Source of the DNA: Candidatus Latescibacterota bacterium
Lineage (GTDB): Bacteria; Latescibacterota; UBA2968
Direction: 5' to 3'
Assembly: GCA_965222605.1 (NCBI GenBank)
Contig: OZ244960.1
Coordinates: forward strand, 832,001-896,000
DNA: 64,000 nucleotides
The notes beneath the pieces were generated by a model, which had not been told where the DNA came from, did no database searches, and worked only from the letters and a program-made list of their open reading frames with translations. Position numbers and translations under genes: made by a program. Shown piece by piece: positions 28,974 through 38,787 of the stretch. Within the stretch, counting starts at the first letter, position 1. Each line of letters opens with the position of its first letter.

Positions 28974-29915
28974 ATGAACGCATTTCAAAAAACCGCCATC
29001 ACCACCCTCGTTGCGATCCTCTTGCTCATCGGCGTTGGCAGTCTCGTGCGCGTTTCAGGCGCGGGCCTGGGATGTCCAGACTGGCCCCGATGCTGGGGCT
29101 GCTGGTTTCCGCCCTCGAGTATTGACGACATTGACCGGGCCTATCTCGCAGAACGCGGGCTGCACATCGAAGACTTCAACGCGGTCAAGATGTGGATCGA
29201 ATACATCAACCGCCTCATCGGCATGCTCATCGGCCTCCTGGTCATCGCCACCTTTTTCCGCGCCATACCATATCGTAAAACACACCCCGCCATCTTCTAC
29301 GGCTCGTTCATTGCCGTCTTCCTCGTCGGCTTTGAAGGCTGGCTCGGCGGGCAAGTCGTCAAATCTGGCCTCAAACCCGGCATGATCACCCTGCACATGG
29401 CAGGTGCAATGATCCTCTTATGCCTGTTGCTCTACGTCACATTTCGCGCCGTTGACATCCGCATTCCCGCCACATTGCCCACCCCTAAATTACTCGCCCG
29501 CCTCTCGGCCATGCTCTTTATCATCGTATGCCTTCAAATGCTACTCGGCACACAGGTGCGCGAAGCCATTGATCCCTATATCAAAAACAGCGCGGGCGTC
29601 TCTCGCAGTGTATGGATCGCCAATATTGGCCTCATGGATCACATCCACCGCTCCTTCACCTGGGTGGTCATTGTCGTTGCCGCTTATCTCGTCTATATCA
29701 TACGCAAAAATGTAATAGGTGGCTTGCTCAAAGCGAGCAGCCACCTCGCATTCGCACTCATTCTGTGTCAGGCAGCCACCGGCATTGCCCTGGCTTATGG
29801 CGGGCTACCCCGCGTTTTTCAAGTACTCCACCTCGTAACCGCGGCCCTGCTAATCTGCGCGGTCTATACGCTTTGGCTCACACTGAGAACCACCAACACA
29901 AGGAGGTCTCCATGA
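28974..29915 (+). CDS. ctaA: Heme A synthase (COX15/CtaA family)
   Basis: GLGCPDWPRC, WIEYINR, TLHM, HIHR, VLHL; multiple TM helices. Confidence 0.88.
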   Translation: MNAFQKTAITTLVAILLLIGVGSLVRVSGAGLGCPDWPRCWGCWFPPSSIDDIDRAYLAERGLHIEDFNAVKMWIEYINRLIGMLIGLLVIATFFRAIPYRKTHPAIFYGSFIAVFLVGFEGWLGGQVVKSGLKPGMITLHMAGAMILLCLLLYVTFRAVDIRIPATLPTPKLLARLSAMLFIIVCLQMLLGTQVREAIDPYIKNSAGVSRSVWIANIGLMDHIHRSFTWVVIVVAAYLVYIIRKNVIGGLLKASSHLAFALILCQAATGIALAYGGLPRVFQVLHLVTAALLICAVYTLWLTLRTTNTRRSP

Positions 29916-30871
29916 AAATTTCCGTCTGGCACCGCGAACTCTCCGATTCGTATCTGCGGTTTGTCACCCAACTCGGCGCAGACTGCCTCGATTTTGGGAC
30001 CGATACGGACTTTCCCGGCGTTGCAGAACAGGGGTATCCCGACCTGGATGAACTCTTGAAAATGAAGAAACAAATCCAGTCCTGGGGCCTTTCGATCAAC
30101 CGCATCAGCCTGCCCAATATCACGGAAAAATTTATGACCGATCAACCCGGCGGCGAAAAAGAACTCGAAAATACATGTCAGGCACTGCGCATATTCGCCG
30201 AAGCAGGCGTACCCATTGCCCGACAGCGCTTCTGGGGCGATACCTTTAACGAACTGATGTTTCGCTACCAGTCTGAACACCGTGGCGGCTATCTCTCGCG
30301 AGGCGAAAGTCAGGCACTGACCAACCCCGTGCCCGAAACACCCGACTACGAAGCCCTGCAAGACTGGTGGAAACACTTCTGCATTGTCTATGAACACCTC
30401 GTGCCCATTGCCGAAGAAACCGGGATTAAGATCGCCATTCACCCCTCCGACAGCCCCAACCCGGACACCCCATTCGGCGGCCTGGGATTTCACCGCGTCA
30501 TCGACGCCTTTCCCAGCGCGCAAGTGGGCTATCTCTACTGCTGTGGCACCCGCGCCGAAGCGGGCAGCACACCGCTCGTCCTCGACGAAATTAACAACTA
30601 CGGCCGCAAAGGTCGCATCTTTATGGTACACTTCCGCAATGTGCGCGGCTCATTCGCCACAGCGCGCGGCTTTGAAGAAACCCTGCTCGACGACGGCGAC
30701 ATGAACATGTTTAAGCTCTTGCTGGAACTCAACCGCGTGGGCTTCGACGGCTGCCTGAATCCCGACCACATTCCCCGGCTCGAAGGCGACCAATCACCCA
30801 TCACTGGCGGGCTGGCTTACTCCGTGGGCTACATCAAAGCGCTATTCGCCGCCCTCGCTGCCCTGCCATAA
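29912..30871 (+). CDS. Mannonate dehydratase-like (UxuA family)
   Basis: AGGAGG RBS; IAIHPSDSP, VHFRNVRG, E..DDGD, NPDH, AYSVGYIKAL. Confidence 0.8.
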   Translation: MKISVWHRELSDSYLRFVTQLGADCLDFGTDTDFPGVAEQGYPDLDELLKMKKQIQSWGLSINRISLPNITEKFMTDQPGGEKELENTCQALRIFAEAGVPIARQRFWGDTFNELMFRYQSEHRGGYLSRGESQALTNPVPETPDYEALQDWWKHFCIVYEHLVPIAEETGIKIAIHPSDSPNPDTPFGGLGFHRVIDAFPSAQVGYLYCCGTRAEAGSTPLVLDEINNYGRKGRIFMVHFRNVRGSFATARGFEETLLDDGDMNMFKLLLELNRVGFDGCLNPDHIPRLEGDQSPITGGLAYSVGYIKALFAALAALP

Positions 30872-30889
30872 CGCGACGCGCTCGCCACC

Positions 30890-30918
30890 TTGACAACCTA
30901 TAGGCGATTTGATATATT
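30890..30918 (+). promoter_or_regulatory. Sigma70-type promoter for tRNA-Leu(CAG)
   Basis: TTGACA-17 nt-TATATT. Confidence 0.7.
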
Positions 30919-30940
30919 TGCCTGCGCACTAAACTCAGGT

Positions 30941-31027
30941 GCCGAAGTGATGGAATTGGTAGACGTGCGGCGTTCAGGGCGCCGTGGGCTTAGGCCCGTG
31001 TGGGTTCGAATCCCACCTTCGGCACCA
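30941..31027 (+). tRNA. tRNA-Leu (CAG)
   Basis: GCCGAAGTGATGGAATTGGTAGACGTGCGGCGTTCAGGGCGCCG...GGGTTCGAATCCCACCTTCGGCACCA. Confidence 0.96.
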
Positions 31028-31190
31028 TAAATTCTCACACAAGCAGTGTACAACTGCGACGCCTCACCAGTAATTTCAAAAGAGAGAGGGTTATGCATAA
31101 TCGGCATAACCCTCTTTTTGCAATTTTATTTTTAGCTTTATTAACCTCTGGTGCAGTACTCGATTTCAATAATATAGAAAGAAGATTGCC

Positions 31191-31448
31191 ATGAAAACAT
31201 TCACAGTTGAATATCCCGAATCTGTCCTGACAACATTGAAACTCAGCCCCGAATCCTTTGAAGATCACGCGCGAATCGCAATGGCGGTGAAGCTCTTTGA
31301 AACGGGTCACTTGACATCTGGACAAGCCGCGAAACTGGCAGGTATAGTCCGCGTGGAATTTATGTTGCGTTGTCGAGAATTTGGAACGCCAAGCGTCACC
31401 TGGGATAAGGAAGAGCTTGAAGCAGAATTTAATATAGGTTCTCCATGA
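31191..31448 (+). CDS. UPF0175 family putative antitoxin
   Basis: AVKLFETGHLTSGQAAKLAGI.R.EF helix-turn-helix pattern with acidic C-terminus. Confidence 0.82.
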   Translation: MKTFTVEYPESVLTTLKLSPESFEDHARIAMAVKLFETGHLTSGQAAKLAGIVRVEFMLRCREFGTPSVTWDKEELEAEFNIGSP

Positions 31449-31507
31449 GAGAATGCATCGTTGCCGACACCGGTCCAATCATCGCGCCAGCCCATTTTGT
31501 TCGATAA
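31445..31507 (+). pseudogene. Stub of DUF3368/PIN-type toxin gene
   Basis: ATG overlaps antitoxin TGA; MRECIVADTGPIIA resembles PIN strand 1; stop after 20 residues. Confidence 0.6.
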
Positions 31508-31519
31508 CGGAGCGCGAGA

Positions 31520-32407
31520 GTGATCAATTACGGCGAAGGGGTTGCACTCGGGGCGTCACTGGTTTGGGCATCTACCAGCCTCGTCTTAAGAACGCTATCC
31601 CAGCACCATCCATCTGCACTCATCACGGCTATCCGCTGTGGGATTTCTGGGCCTTTTTTTTGGATGCTGCTGCCTTTTGGTCCCCCCCTATCCTCACTGG
31701 TCAACGTGCCGATGCACGAATGGGGCCTTTTGATCGGCTCCGTTTTCATCGGCATTGTCATTGGCGATCAACTCTTTTTACACGCCATGAAAGAAATTGG
31801 TGTATCGCGCACAATGGCTCTGGTAGGCACGCTTCCAATTACCACATTGATCTGGGAGCAACTGCTGCTCGACGTACCCGTCACTCGCACCTTTATTTTT
31901 GGATGCGTTTTGGCTGCATCTGGCGTTATCTTACTCTCTCAGCGACCACGCCAAAAACGCCAGGATACGCAAGAACAACCCATTCGCCTCAAACGCGGGA
32001 TAATCTTTGCGCTTATCACAGCCCTGCTCTGGGGATTGAGCACCACCATGCTCAAACCTGCGATGGCACATCTCACCAGTATTCAGGCCAACAGCGTGCG
32101 AATGCCGCTCGTAGCCCTGGCATTATTTGGTATTTGGCGACTCAATCAGGGACGCGGCAACCTGCGCGATATCGGATGGCGCACATTTGCGCTTATTGCC
32201 GTGACCGGACTTGTAGGCATGGGCCTCGGGTCTTTCTTCTACGTCGAAGCCGTTCTGTTCATCGGACCGGCCAAAACAGCAACACTGACATCTGCAACAC
32301 CCGTTCTCGCACTTATTCTCGCCGTGATCTTTCTCAAAGAACAAATCACGCTCCGCATTCTCACAGGAGTTGCCCTCTGCGTGGCTGGCGTTCTGCTCGT
32401 GCTTTGA
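31520..32407 (+). CDS. DMT/EamA family transporter
   Basis: About ten hydrophobic helices in two repeats; IGVSR and IGPAK; FLKEQIT. Confidence 0.88.
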   Translation: MINYGEGVALGASLVWASTSLVLRTLSQHHPSALITAIRCGISGPFFWMLLPFGPPLSSLVNVPMHEWGLLIGSVFIGIVIGDQLFLHAMKEIGVSRTMALVGTLPITTLIWEQLLLDVPVTRTFIFGCVLAASGVILLSQRPRQKRQDTQEQPIRLKRGIIFALITALLWGLSTTMLKPAMAHLTSIQANSVRMPLVALALFGIWRLNQGRGNLRDIGWRTFALIAVTGLVGMGLGSFFYVEAVLFIGPAKTATLTSATPVLALILAVIFLKEQITLRILTGVALCVAGVLLVL

Positions 32408-32496
32408 TCCTTAATTGCACAGTTGACAAAGAATTACATTATGGGACCTCTTGGAAACCCAGTAAACAACCACGACAGCTAAACACAGGAGCGACT

Positions 32497-33168
32497 ATGG
32501 ACGGCATTCACGACATGGGCGGGATGCACGGATTTGGTCCCATCGTGCGCGAAGAAAACGAACCTTTATTTCACCACTCCTGGGAAGGCCGGGTACTCGC
32601 CATATCCGTAGCCACACCTGTACCGATCCCAGGAGGCTCCCGCAACAATATCGAAAACATGGACCCCGCGCACTACCTCTCGTCCAGCTATTACGAAAAA
32701 TGGCTATATTCCCGAATCAAAGGGCTGATTGACGCTGGCGTGCTAACTCCGGAAGAGATGGAAACGCGGATGGCACTCTTCGAGAACAACCCCAATGCCG
32801 AAACTCCGAAACATCCCGATCCCGATGCCGTCAGAGCAGAACTCGTGCGATCTCGCCCTGCTAATCCACCCCAACAAAAAATGGATATCCAGCCGCAATT
32901 TTCCAATGGCGACCGCGTAAGAGCGCGCAATATCCACCCTGAAGGCCACACCCGGCTCCCCCGATACGTACGGGGCAAATACGGCACCATCACCAATTAC
33001 TACGGCATCGACAATCTCCAGGACGCCGAACTGCCCACAGGATGTACAAATCGCCAGCAACCCTTATATGCCGTGCGCTTTGAAGCCTCCGAACTGTGGG
33101 GTAATGCCGCCGAAACAAAAAGTGTCGTCTATCTCGACATGTGGGAAAGCTATCTGGAAACGGCTTAA
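32497..33168 (+). CDS. nthB: Nitrile hydratase beta subunit
   Basis: [50 protein letters not shown]; CAGGAG RBS. Confidence 0.95.
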   Translation: MDGIHDMGGMHGFGPIVREENEPLFHHSWEGRVLAISVATPVPIPGGSRNNIENMDPAHYLSSSYYEKWLYSRIKGLIDAGVLTPEEMETRMALFENNPNAETPKHPDPDAVRAELVRSRPANPPQQKMDIQPQFSNGDRVRARNIHPEGHTRLPRYVRGKYGTITNYYGIDNLQDAELPTGCTNRQQPLYAVRFEASELWGNAAETKSVVYLDMWESYLETA

Positions 33169-33197
33169 TCATCCTGAATCAAAAAGGATTTTTTGTT

Positions 33198-33800
33198 ATG
33201 AACAATCTTCAAGCAACTGATCAAACCGAGACTGCCCTGCGCACCAGAGCACTCGAATCGCTTCTAATCGAAAAGGGTTTGCTTACAACGGAGGTTATAG
33301 ACGAAATCGTAGAAAAATACGAAAAAGACGTAGGTCCCCTCAACGGCGCCAAAGTGGTTGCCCGCGCCTGGACCGACCCGGACTATAAGCGACGGCTAAT
33401 AGTAGATGGCAGAGCGGCTATTGCCGAACTGGGTTTTGACAGTGCACAGGGTGCCAAAATCGTCGTACTGGAAAACACATCAAGCGTCCACCACCTCGTC
33501 GTCTGCACCCTTTGCTCCTGTTATCCCTGGTCCATGCTCGGCTTGCCTCCGAGTTGGTACAAATCCTACGCGTACCGCTCTCGAGTCGTGCGGGAGCCAA
33601 GAGCCGTCTTGCGGGAATTTGACCTCGACCTACCCGATTCCGTAGAAATCCGCGTCTGGGACAGCAACTCGGATCTCCGCTACATGGTCCTGCCCGAACG
33701 CCCTGCCGGTACAGAAGACTATACTGAAGAACAACTCATTCCACTTGTCACGCGCGACTCAATGATCGGCGTGGCTAAGATCGAATCGCCTTCAAAGTGA
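33198..33800 (+). CDS. nthA: Nitrile hydratase alpha subunit, cobalt type
   Basis: [20 protein letters not shown] (Thr/Tyr Co-type signature), [10 protein letters not shown]. Confidence 0.96.
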   Translation: MNNLQATDQTETALRTRALESLLIEKGLLTTEVIDEIVEKYEKDVGPLNGAKVVARAWTDPDYKRRLIVDGRAAIAELGFDSAQGAKIVVLENTSSVHHLVVCTLCSCYPWSMLGLPPSWYKSYAYRSRVVREPRAVLREFDLDLPDSVEIRVWDSNSDLRYMVLPERPAGTEDYTEEQLIPLVTRDSMIGVAKIESPSK

Positions 33801-33807
33801 GGCTCGA

Positions 33808-34158
33808 ATGACACAAAAAACCGACGGACAAATCGCCGCAATGAGAGCAAAAATCGCCCTGCCCAGAGAAAATGGAGAACTCGTTTTTCAGGAACCCTGG
33901 GAAGCACGCGCTTTCGGCCTTGCCGTTGCACTCAACGAAAAAGACCTCTACGAATGGCGAGAATTCAGCGCGGAACTCGCTTCGAAAATCGCGGCGGCAG
34001 AACAAAATAACGACCCATCGAGCTACTATGCCCGATGGGTCGCTTCCCTCGAAGAATTGGTCATTGATAGGGGCCTGATCAGCCGGGAACAACTGGACGC
34101 CAGAACAGCGGAATACGCCTCTGGCATTCACGACGACCACGATCATCACGATCACTAA
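33808..34158 (+). CDS. Nitrile hydratase accessory/activator protein (P14K-like)
   Basis: FQEPWEARAFGLA, YYARW..LE, His-rich tail HDDHDHHDH. Confidence 0.88.
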   Translation: MTQKTDGQIAAMRAKIALPRENGELVFQEPWEARAFGLAVALNEKDLYEWREFSAELASKIAAAEQNNDPSSYYARWVASLEELVIDRGLISREQLDARTAEYASGIHDDHDHHDH

Positions 34159-34179
34159 AATTTACGACCCGCAAATCAG

Positions 34180-34215
34180 AAAGGGTTACGTCGAGATAAC
34201 GTAACCCTTTTTTTT
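34180..34215. terminator. Intrinsic terminator of NHase operon
   Basis: AAAGGGTTACGT-7 nt-ACGTAACCCTTT followed by a T run. Confidence 0.85.
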
Positions 34216-34239
34216 ATTAGCTATCTGTTTTTGACTTTT

Positions 34240-34296
34240 CATCTACGTTCATCTGTGTTCATCCCTGCTTACACCCGCAGGAACATGCCTGTGGTT
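34240..34296. repeat. 10-nt period repeat interrupted by a small hairpin
   Basis: CATCTACGTT CATCTGTGTT CATC, then CCTGC-ttacaccc-GCAGG, then CTGTGGTT. Confidence 0.5.
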
Positions 34297-34304
34297 GCTT
34301 TTTC

Positions 34305-35186
34305 TCAACGCTCTCGCCCCGACACAAACAAATCGTAAGAATTTGACTGCCAGCCGCCATCATTCACAATCCCATCATTGGTATCTCTCAGCCATTTGAC
34401 CATGCGATCCTTCATGCGCCTGAGTACATGTTTGTATCCCAACCTGGGATCTAAATTGTGCAATTCCCCGGGATCGCTCTCCAGATCATATAGTTCATCT
34501 TCGCTACACGGATTGTAGATATACTTCCACTTTCGGGTCTGCACCATCCGAATCGTACACAGCGCAGGCTCATACCCGTGATGCTCTGCAAAAATATCCT
34601 CCCGCCAATCCGGCGGCGTCTCCCCGTGCAGTAAGGGCAGCAGAGAACACCCATCAACCTTATCGGGAATATCCGCACCCGCCATCTCGAGAAACGTCGG
34701 CATAATATCGACCAAACTCACAAAATCATCGCAAACACTATTGGGTTCAACAACCCCTGGCCAACGGATCGCCAATGGAATCTGGTGCGTCTCGTTGTAC
34801 ATATTCATCATTTTATTGAACAAGCGGTGGCTGCCCAACATATCGCCGTGATCCGAACTGTACACAACCACCGTATTATCCAATTGACCCGCTTCTTCTA
34901 AAACATATAGAACGCGCTTCACCTGATCATCAATAAACGTGCAATATCCCCAATACGTCGCGATCACCTTCTGCCAATCGGGCCATGTCAAATGACTGCC
35001 ATTCCACCTGAGCATCTCCTTTTGCTGAATACTCGGTTTATCGACAAACTGCTCGTCGAAATTGATCCAGCGCTCCACAGTATCGGGATCGTACATCTCA
35101 TCATAAGGCTCCGGCACACAATAGGGAAAATGCGGGCCAAAAAAACTGCTACAAATCATAAAGGGTCTATCGCGTTCCGTATTCAT
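34305..35186 (-). pseudogene. Sulfatase with in-frame loss of the N-terminal catalytic region
   Basis: AGGAGG RBS then MNTER joined to DRPF..GPH; has SDHG and ELYDL..DPGE; lacks CxPxR and the first metal Asp motif. Confidence 0.72.
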
Positions 35187-35209
35187 CGCATAAACCTCCT
35201 GATCGTTTG

Positions 35210-36451
35210 TCAATTTTTATCTCTCCGAAAACAAATCCAAAACAGAAACGCCCCCATCCCCGTAAGCACTGCCCCGGTCAGAAAAAGACTCGAATATCCC
35301 GCAACCGGGATCATATACCCACCGCCCAGAGCCATTGCCGAATAGCCCACCCCCGACATCATAGCAGTCGCACCCGACATCGCTGTACGCCAGCGCACGG
35401 GCACCAATTCCTGATGAAAAATAGCAAAAGCCGAACGGCGGAGCGAAGCCATCGCCATAATCCCCATCAGGCACAAACCCGCAACAAGCCAATTTGAGAC
35501 CAACGCCATGAAAAAAAGAAAAAGAGCCGTAACAACCGTTACCAGAACCACCGTGCGGCGAATGCCAAAACGCGCAGAAAAAAACGGAAGGGACAGCGCA
35601 GATGGAACAGCGAGCAACTGTCCCGCGGCGAGTTGCACACTAATAAGAGAAAGACTGATATTGAGTCCTTTATCCATATAAACATTAAAAAATGTTCGCG
35701 CAGCCGCTTCGCCTGCAACGTGGAGAACGGAAATCAGTGCGGTAATAACAATAGCCGCGAGCGGAAGCGCAGGCGCGTTGGGCACACCACTATTGTCCCC
35801 CGCTTCCCGCTTGCGTCCAACCCGAGCATCCTGCGTGGCGAGCAACGCGAAAATCGCCGGAATCAGACAGAGCACCCCAATAAACAACGTATAGCGGTAA
35901 ACAACGGGCTCCGCGAGTGAAACATCGAGCACATCTGCCAAATAATCCGGAACAATGCCCCCCAACATACTCCCGACAAAACCCGAAAATGGCATCAGCG
36001 CGGCCTGCATGGCAAAAACAGGATCGCGCTCAACCGTACTCGTAATACCCATCAAATAAGGCGTACCATTCACAATAAACAGCGCAATGCCCATCACACC
36101 GAGCGAATAAGTGATCAAAATAAAATAATCGCGTGTACCGGAAGAAATCAACTCCGCCTGTGAAAGCAATCCAAAACCCACCACAGACACACAAATCCCA
36201 ACAACCATCGTAAGCCGACTGCCCCAGCGCCCACCCAGCATCCCGCTGGGCAAACTGGACAGGGCAAAACAAAGCGCCCCCGTCGCATTGGCCAATCCCA
36301 CAAATTGGGTATTATACCCCAGGCGCAACAAATAGAGATTGTACAAAAGGGGATAAATCCCACCAAAAAGGACAAAACCAAACAGCGCATTAGCCATTAA
36401 ATAGAGGCGTACATCGCGGGAAAAATGCACATTTGAAAAAAGGATAGGCAT
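35210..36451 (-). CDS. MFS transporter
   Basis: About twelve TM helices; motif-A-like GMLGGRWGSR and ARFGIRR. Confidence 0.85.
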   Translation of the reverse strand: MPILFSNVHFSRDVRLYLMANALFGFVLFGGIYPLLYNLYLLRLGYNTQFVGLANATGALCFALSSLPSGMLGGRWGSRLTMVVGICVSVVGFGLLSQAELISSGTRDYFILITYSLGVMGIALFIVNGTPYLMGITSTVERDPVFAMQAALMPFSGFVGSMLGGIVPDYLADVLDVSLAEPVVYRYTLFIGVLCLIPAIFALLATQDARVGRKREAGDNSGVPNAPALPLAAIVITALISVLHVAGEAAARTFFNVYMDKGLNISLSLISVQLAAGQLLAVPSALSLPFFSARFGIRRTVVLVTVVTALFLFFMALVSNWLVAGLCLMGIMAMASLRRSAFAIFHQELVPVRWRTAMSGATAMMSGVGYSAMALGGGYMIPVAGYSSLFLTGAVLTGMGAFLFWICFRRDKN

Positions 36452-36457
36452 CTGCGA

Positions 36458-37673
36458 TCACCTGTTTCTGCCCAAACCGAGCTTTTGCCATGCCGCGGGT
36501 AGATTGTCCTTCAGGAGTTCGCTTTGCATGCGGATATGTGCGGTATCTCGGTCCGCTGTGTGTGCAGCCCAAAAAGTGCTATCTCGCGTGGTTGCCTCTG
36601 GCAGAATCACAATTTCCGCTGCCTCAAAAATCGCGGGTGGCAAATCCGTATTGAGATCATAGCGATAGCAACGCGTTGTCGCTTGCGCGGTATAATCGCG
36701 TGTCTTAATCGTGCAAATTTGACGCGCAGGCAACCAGTACTCGTTGATATATCGCGTATTTTGCTGATAAACCTGCCAGTGATCTATGCCGCGCAATTGC
36801 AAGAGCGCGGAAAAATTGAGACGCAGGTCATAGCCCACAAGTGAAAAGTCATCGCGGGCGATCCATATATCGCCAAGCAAGCCCGGCTTTTGCCCGTGCC
36901 GTGGCGACACACTAATGCGCGAAACGTGAAGATCGCCCACCTGCACCGTGGAAACGCGTTCATAGTGGTAGTGTTCAAGCGCATCGGGCGATAGGGGATG
37001 CGGCGCGATTTCAAAGGACTTATTCCCCACAGTGCCCCGTGCAGGAGTTTGCGTAAGACCTGGGGAAACACTCAACCGCCACTTGCCCCAATTGCGTATG
37101 CCCGTAATATGCTGTGCGAGACTATCGGGGGATTGGTAATAGCCTTTGATCGTGTATTCAATACCCGCAACAATTTCTTCTGTTTTGCGGTTGATTACCT
37201 TCTGGCTACTGTACGCATTGAATGCGTAAGTATGCATATTGGCGTGATACGTGTGGAGATATTCGAAGCGGGTGCTCGCGATCAGGCGGCGGATTAGCTC
37301 GGGTGCCGAGAGATCCTGCACTGGGATTTCCTCGCGCAGGAGTATAGGGACGGAAGAAAGTGAAAGTTGTAGCGTGGAAATCAAACCACGCGAAAGCACG
37401 AGGGTCGTGTCCGACGGGGCATAACCCTGGTGGCGTGCCTGGATGTGGATAACTCCCGGCGCAAGTCCTTCTATTTCAATACGCCCGTGTAGATCGGTAA
37501 TATGAACGCGGGGAAATTCGCCCGGTCGGCGGAGAACAACGGTCACATAAGGCAGGCTTGCATCGGTATCGGCATCGCGGCACTGCGCGTGAAGAACAGA
37601 TGTTGAGTCGGTCTGGGCAAGTGAGATTGAAGGCCAGAGGAAAGCGAAAAAAAAAAGGCAAAAAGAGGATCAT
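36458..37673 (-). pseudogene. Secreted carboxypeptidase-regulatory-like/DUF5686-like protein, frameshifted at T10 tract (37647-37656)
   Basis: ATG 37673 overlaps upstream TGA; removing one T gives MILFLPFFFAFLWPSISLA-QTDS...RDADTDASLPYVTVVL in frame with ORF 36458..37546; C-terminal RDSTFW. Confidence 0.7.
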
Positions 37674-38761
37674 TGTTTTTTGCCGCGCGCGAGAATATCC
37701 CACACGACTTCGACGCGATCATTGCGCGTGCCGTAGATTTGATCGTGCAAAAATACGGTCATGTCGGAATACCCGGAAATAAATTGAATTTTATCGCCAA
37801 TTTCTATATCGCTATTCGTCAGACTGAGTAAGGCGTGTTCTGCCGACAGGCCGGTTACCACAACATCTGTTCGGTCTTTGACCTCGGGCAATGAAGGATG
37901 GCTACTCGTTGTCTTGCGCCCGGCATCGGCGACTGCGCGATCGGGAGCCGCGCGACTAATAACCGTGGTAAGCACGGAAAGCGCGTGTTCCAACCCACGA
38001 ACATGGAGTCCATCGCGATAATAAGTATCCATAAAAATGCCCCCGCCAGCCTGTATCTCAGTAATACCGGGAAAATCAGGGGTAAACGCGAGCGTGCCCG
38101 TGCCGCCCGCACTGACAATACCGACGCGCAACCCCGCATTCTCGATGAGATTGCGCGTCTTTGACAATTCTCCCACAGCCTTCCTGCATGCGGCTTCTTT
38201 GGCGGCATTATCCAGAGCCATCGCGTGTCCCTCATAACCCATAATCCCCGCAAAAACCACACCGGGTGCGGCATGTGCCTGCCGTGCCAGCGCAAGAGTT
38301 GGAGCACCCGGCGGCACGCCACAGCGTTTCATGCCAACATCTACTTCAATAAGCACGCGAACATCAACGCCAACATCTGTGGCCGCGTCACTTATCGCGC
38401 GGATATGAACGGGATCGTCAACCGCCACCATAACATCTGCGCGACGGCGCAGATTGACCAGACGCGCAATTTTTTGTTGCCCAACAACTTGATTGGCGAT
38501 AAGTATATCCGAAATACCGGCATCTGCAAGCACTTCGGCTTCACCGAGTTTGGCACAGGTAATACCAATAGCACCTGCACGCAGTTGTTTGTGGGCAATA
38601 GCAGGTGTTTTATGACCCTTCGCATGGGGCCGCCAGTGCAACCCGCTGTCTCGACATCGAGCCGCCATCTTCTGGATATTATTTTCCATCTTATCCAGAT
38701 CAACGAGCAACGCGGGCGTGTCGAGCACCTGTACGGATTTACCAATAGGAGAATAAGGCAT
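37670..38761 (-). CDS. DSD1-family PLP enzyme (D-threonine aldolase/D-serine dehydratase-like)
   Basis: LDTPALLVD, RPHAKGHK, RCGV, GYEGH, GGTGT, SAEH. Confidence 0.88.
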   Translation of the reverse strand: MPYSPIGKSVQVLDTPALLVDLDKMENNIQKMAARCRDSGLHWRPHAKGHKTPAIAHKQLRAGAIGITCAKLGEAEVLADAGISDILIANQVVGQQKIARLVNLRRRADVMVAVDDPVHIRAISDAATDVGVDVRVLIEVDVGMKRCGVPPGAPTLALARQAHAAPGVVFAGIMGYEGHAMALDNAAKEAACRKAVGELSKTRNLIENAGLRVGIVSAGGTGTLAFTPDFPGITEIQAGGGIFMDTYYRDGLHVRGLEHALSVLTTVISRAAPDRAVADAGRKTTSSHPSLPEVKDRTDVVVTGLSAEHALLSLTNSDIEIGDKIQFISGYSDMTVFLHDQIYGTRNDRVEVVWDILARGKKQ

Positions 38762-38787
38762 GATGAACCTTTTAACTTTCTTACCAA

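Noticed and set aside
29612-29911. N-terminal extensions of UxuA-like and other ORFs (58, 57762, 39981, 25301, 45544, 8782)
   Set aside because: They overlap neighbouring genes or spacers; downstream starts have good SD sequences or coupling, and family motifs begin there.
31453-33168. 571-aa ORF suggesting a long N-terminal fusion on NHase beta
   Set aside because: The extension overlaps the EamA gene in another frame; the real start is MDGIHD at 32497 with its own RBS.
30941-34215. Integrative island at tRNA-Leu(CAG) carrying the NHase operon
   Set aside because: No integrase and no duplicated tRNA 3' end found; only the first ~480 nt look foreign.
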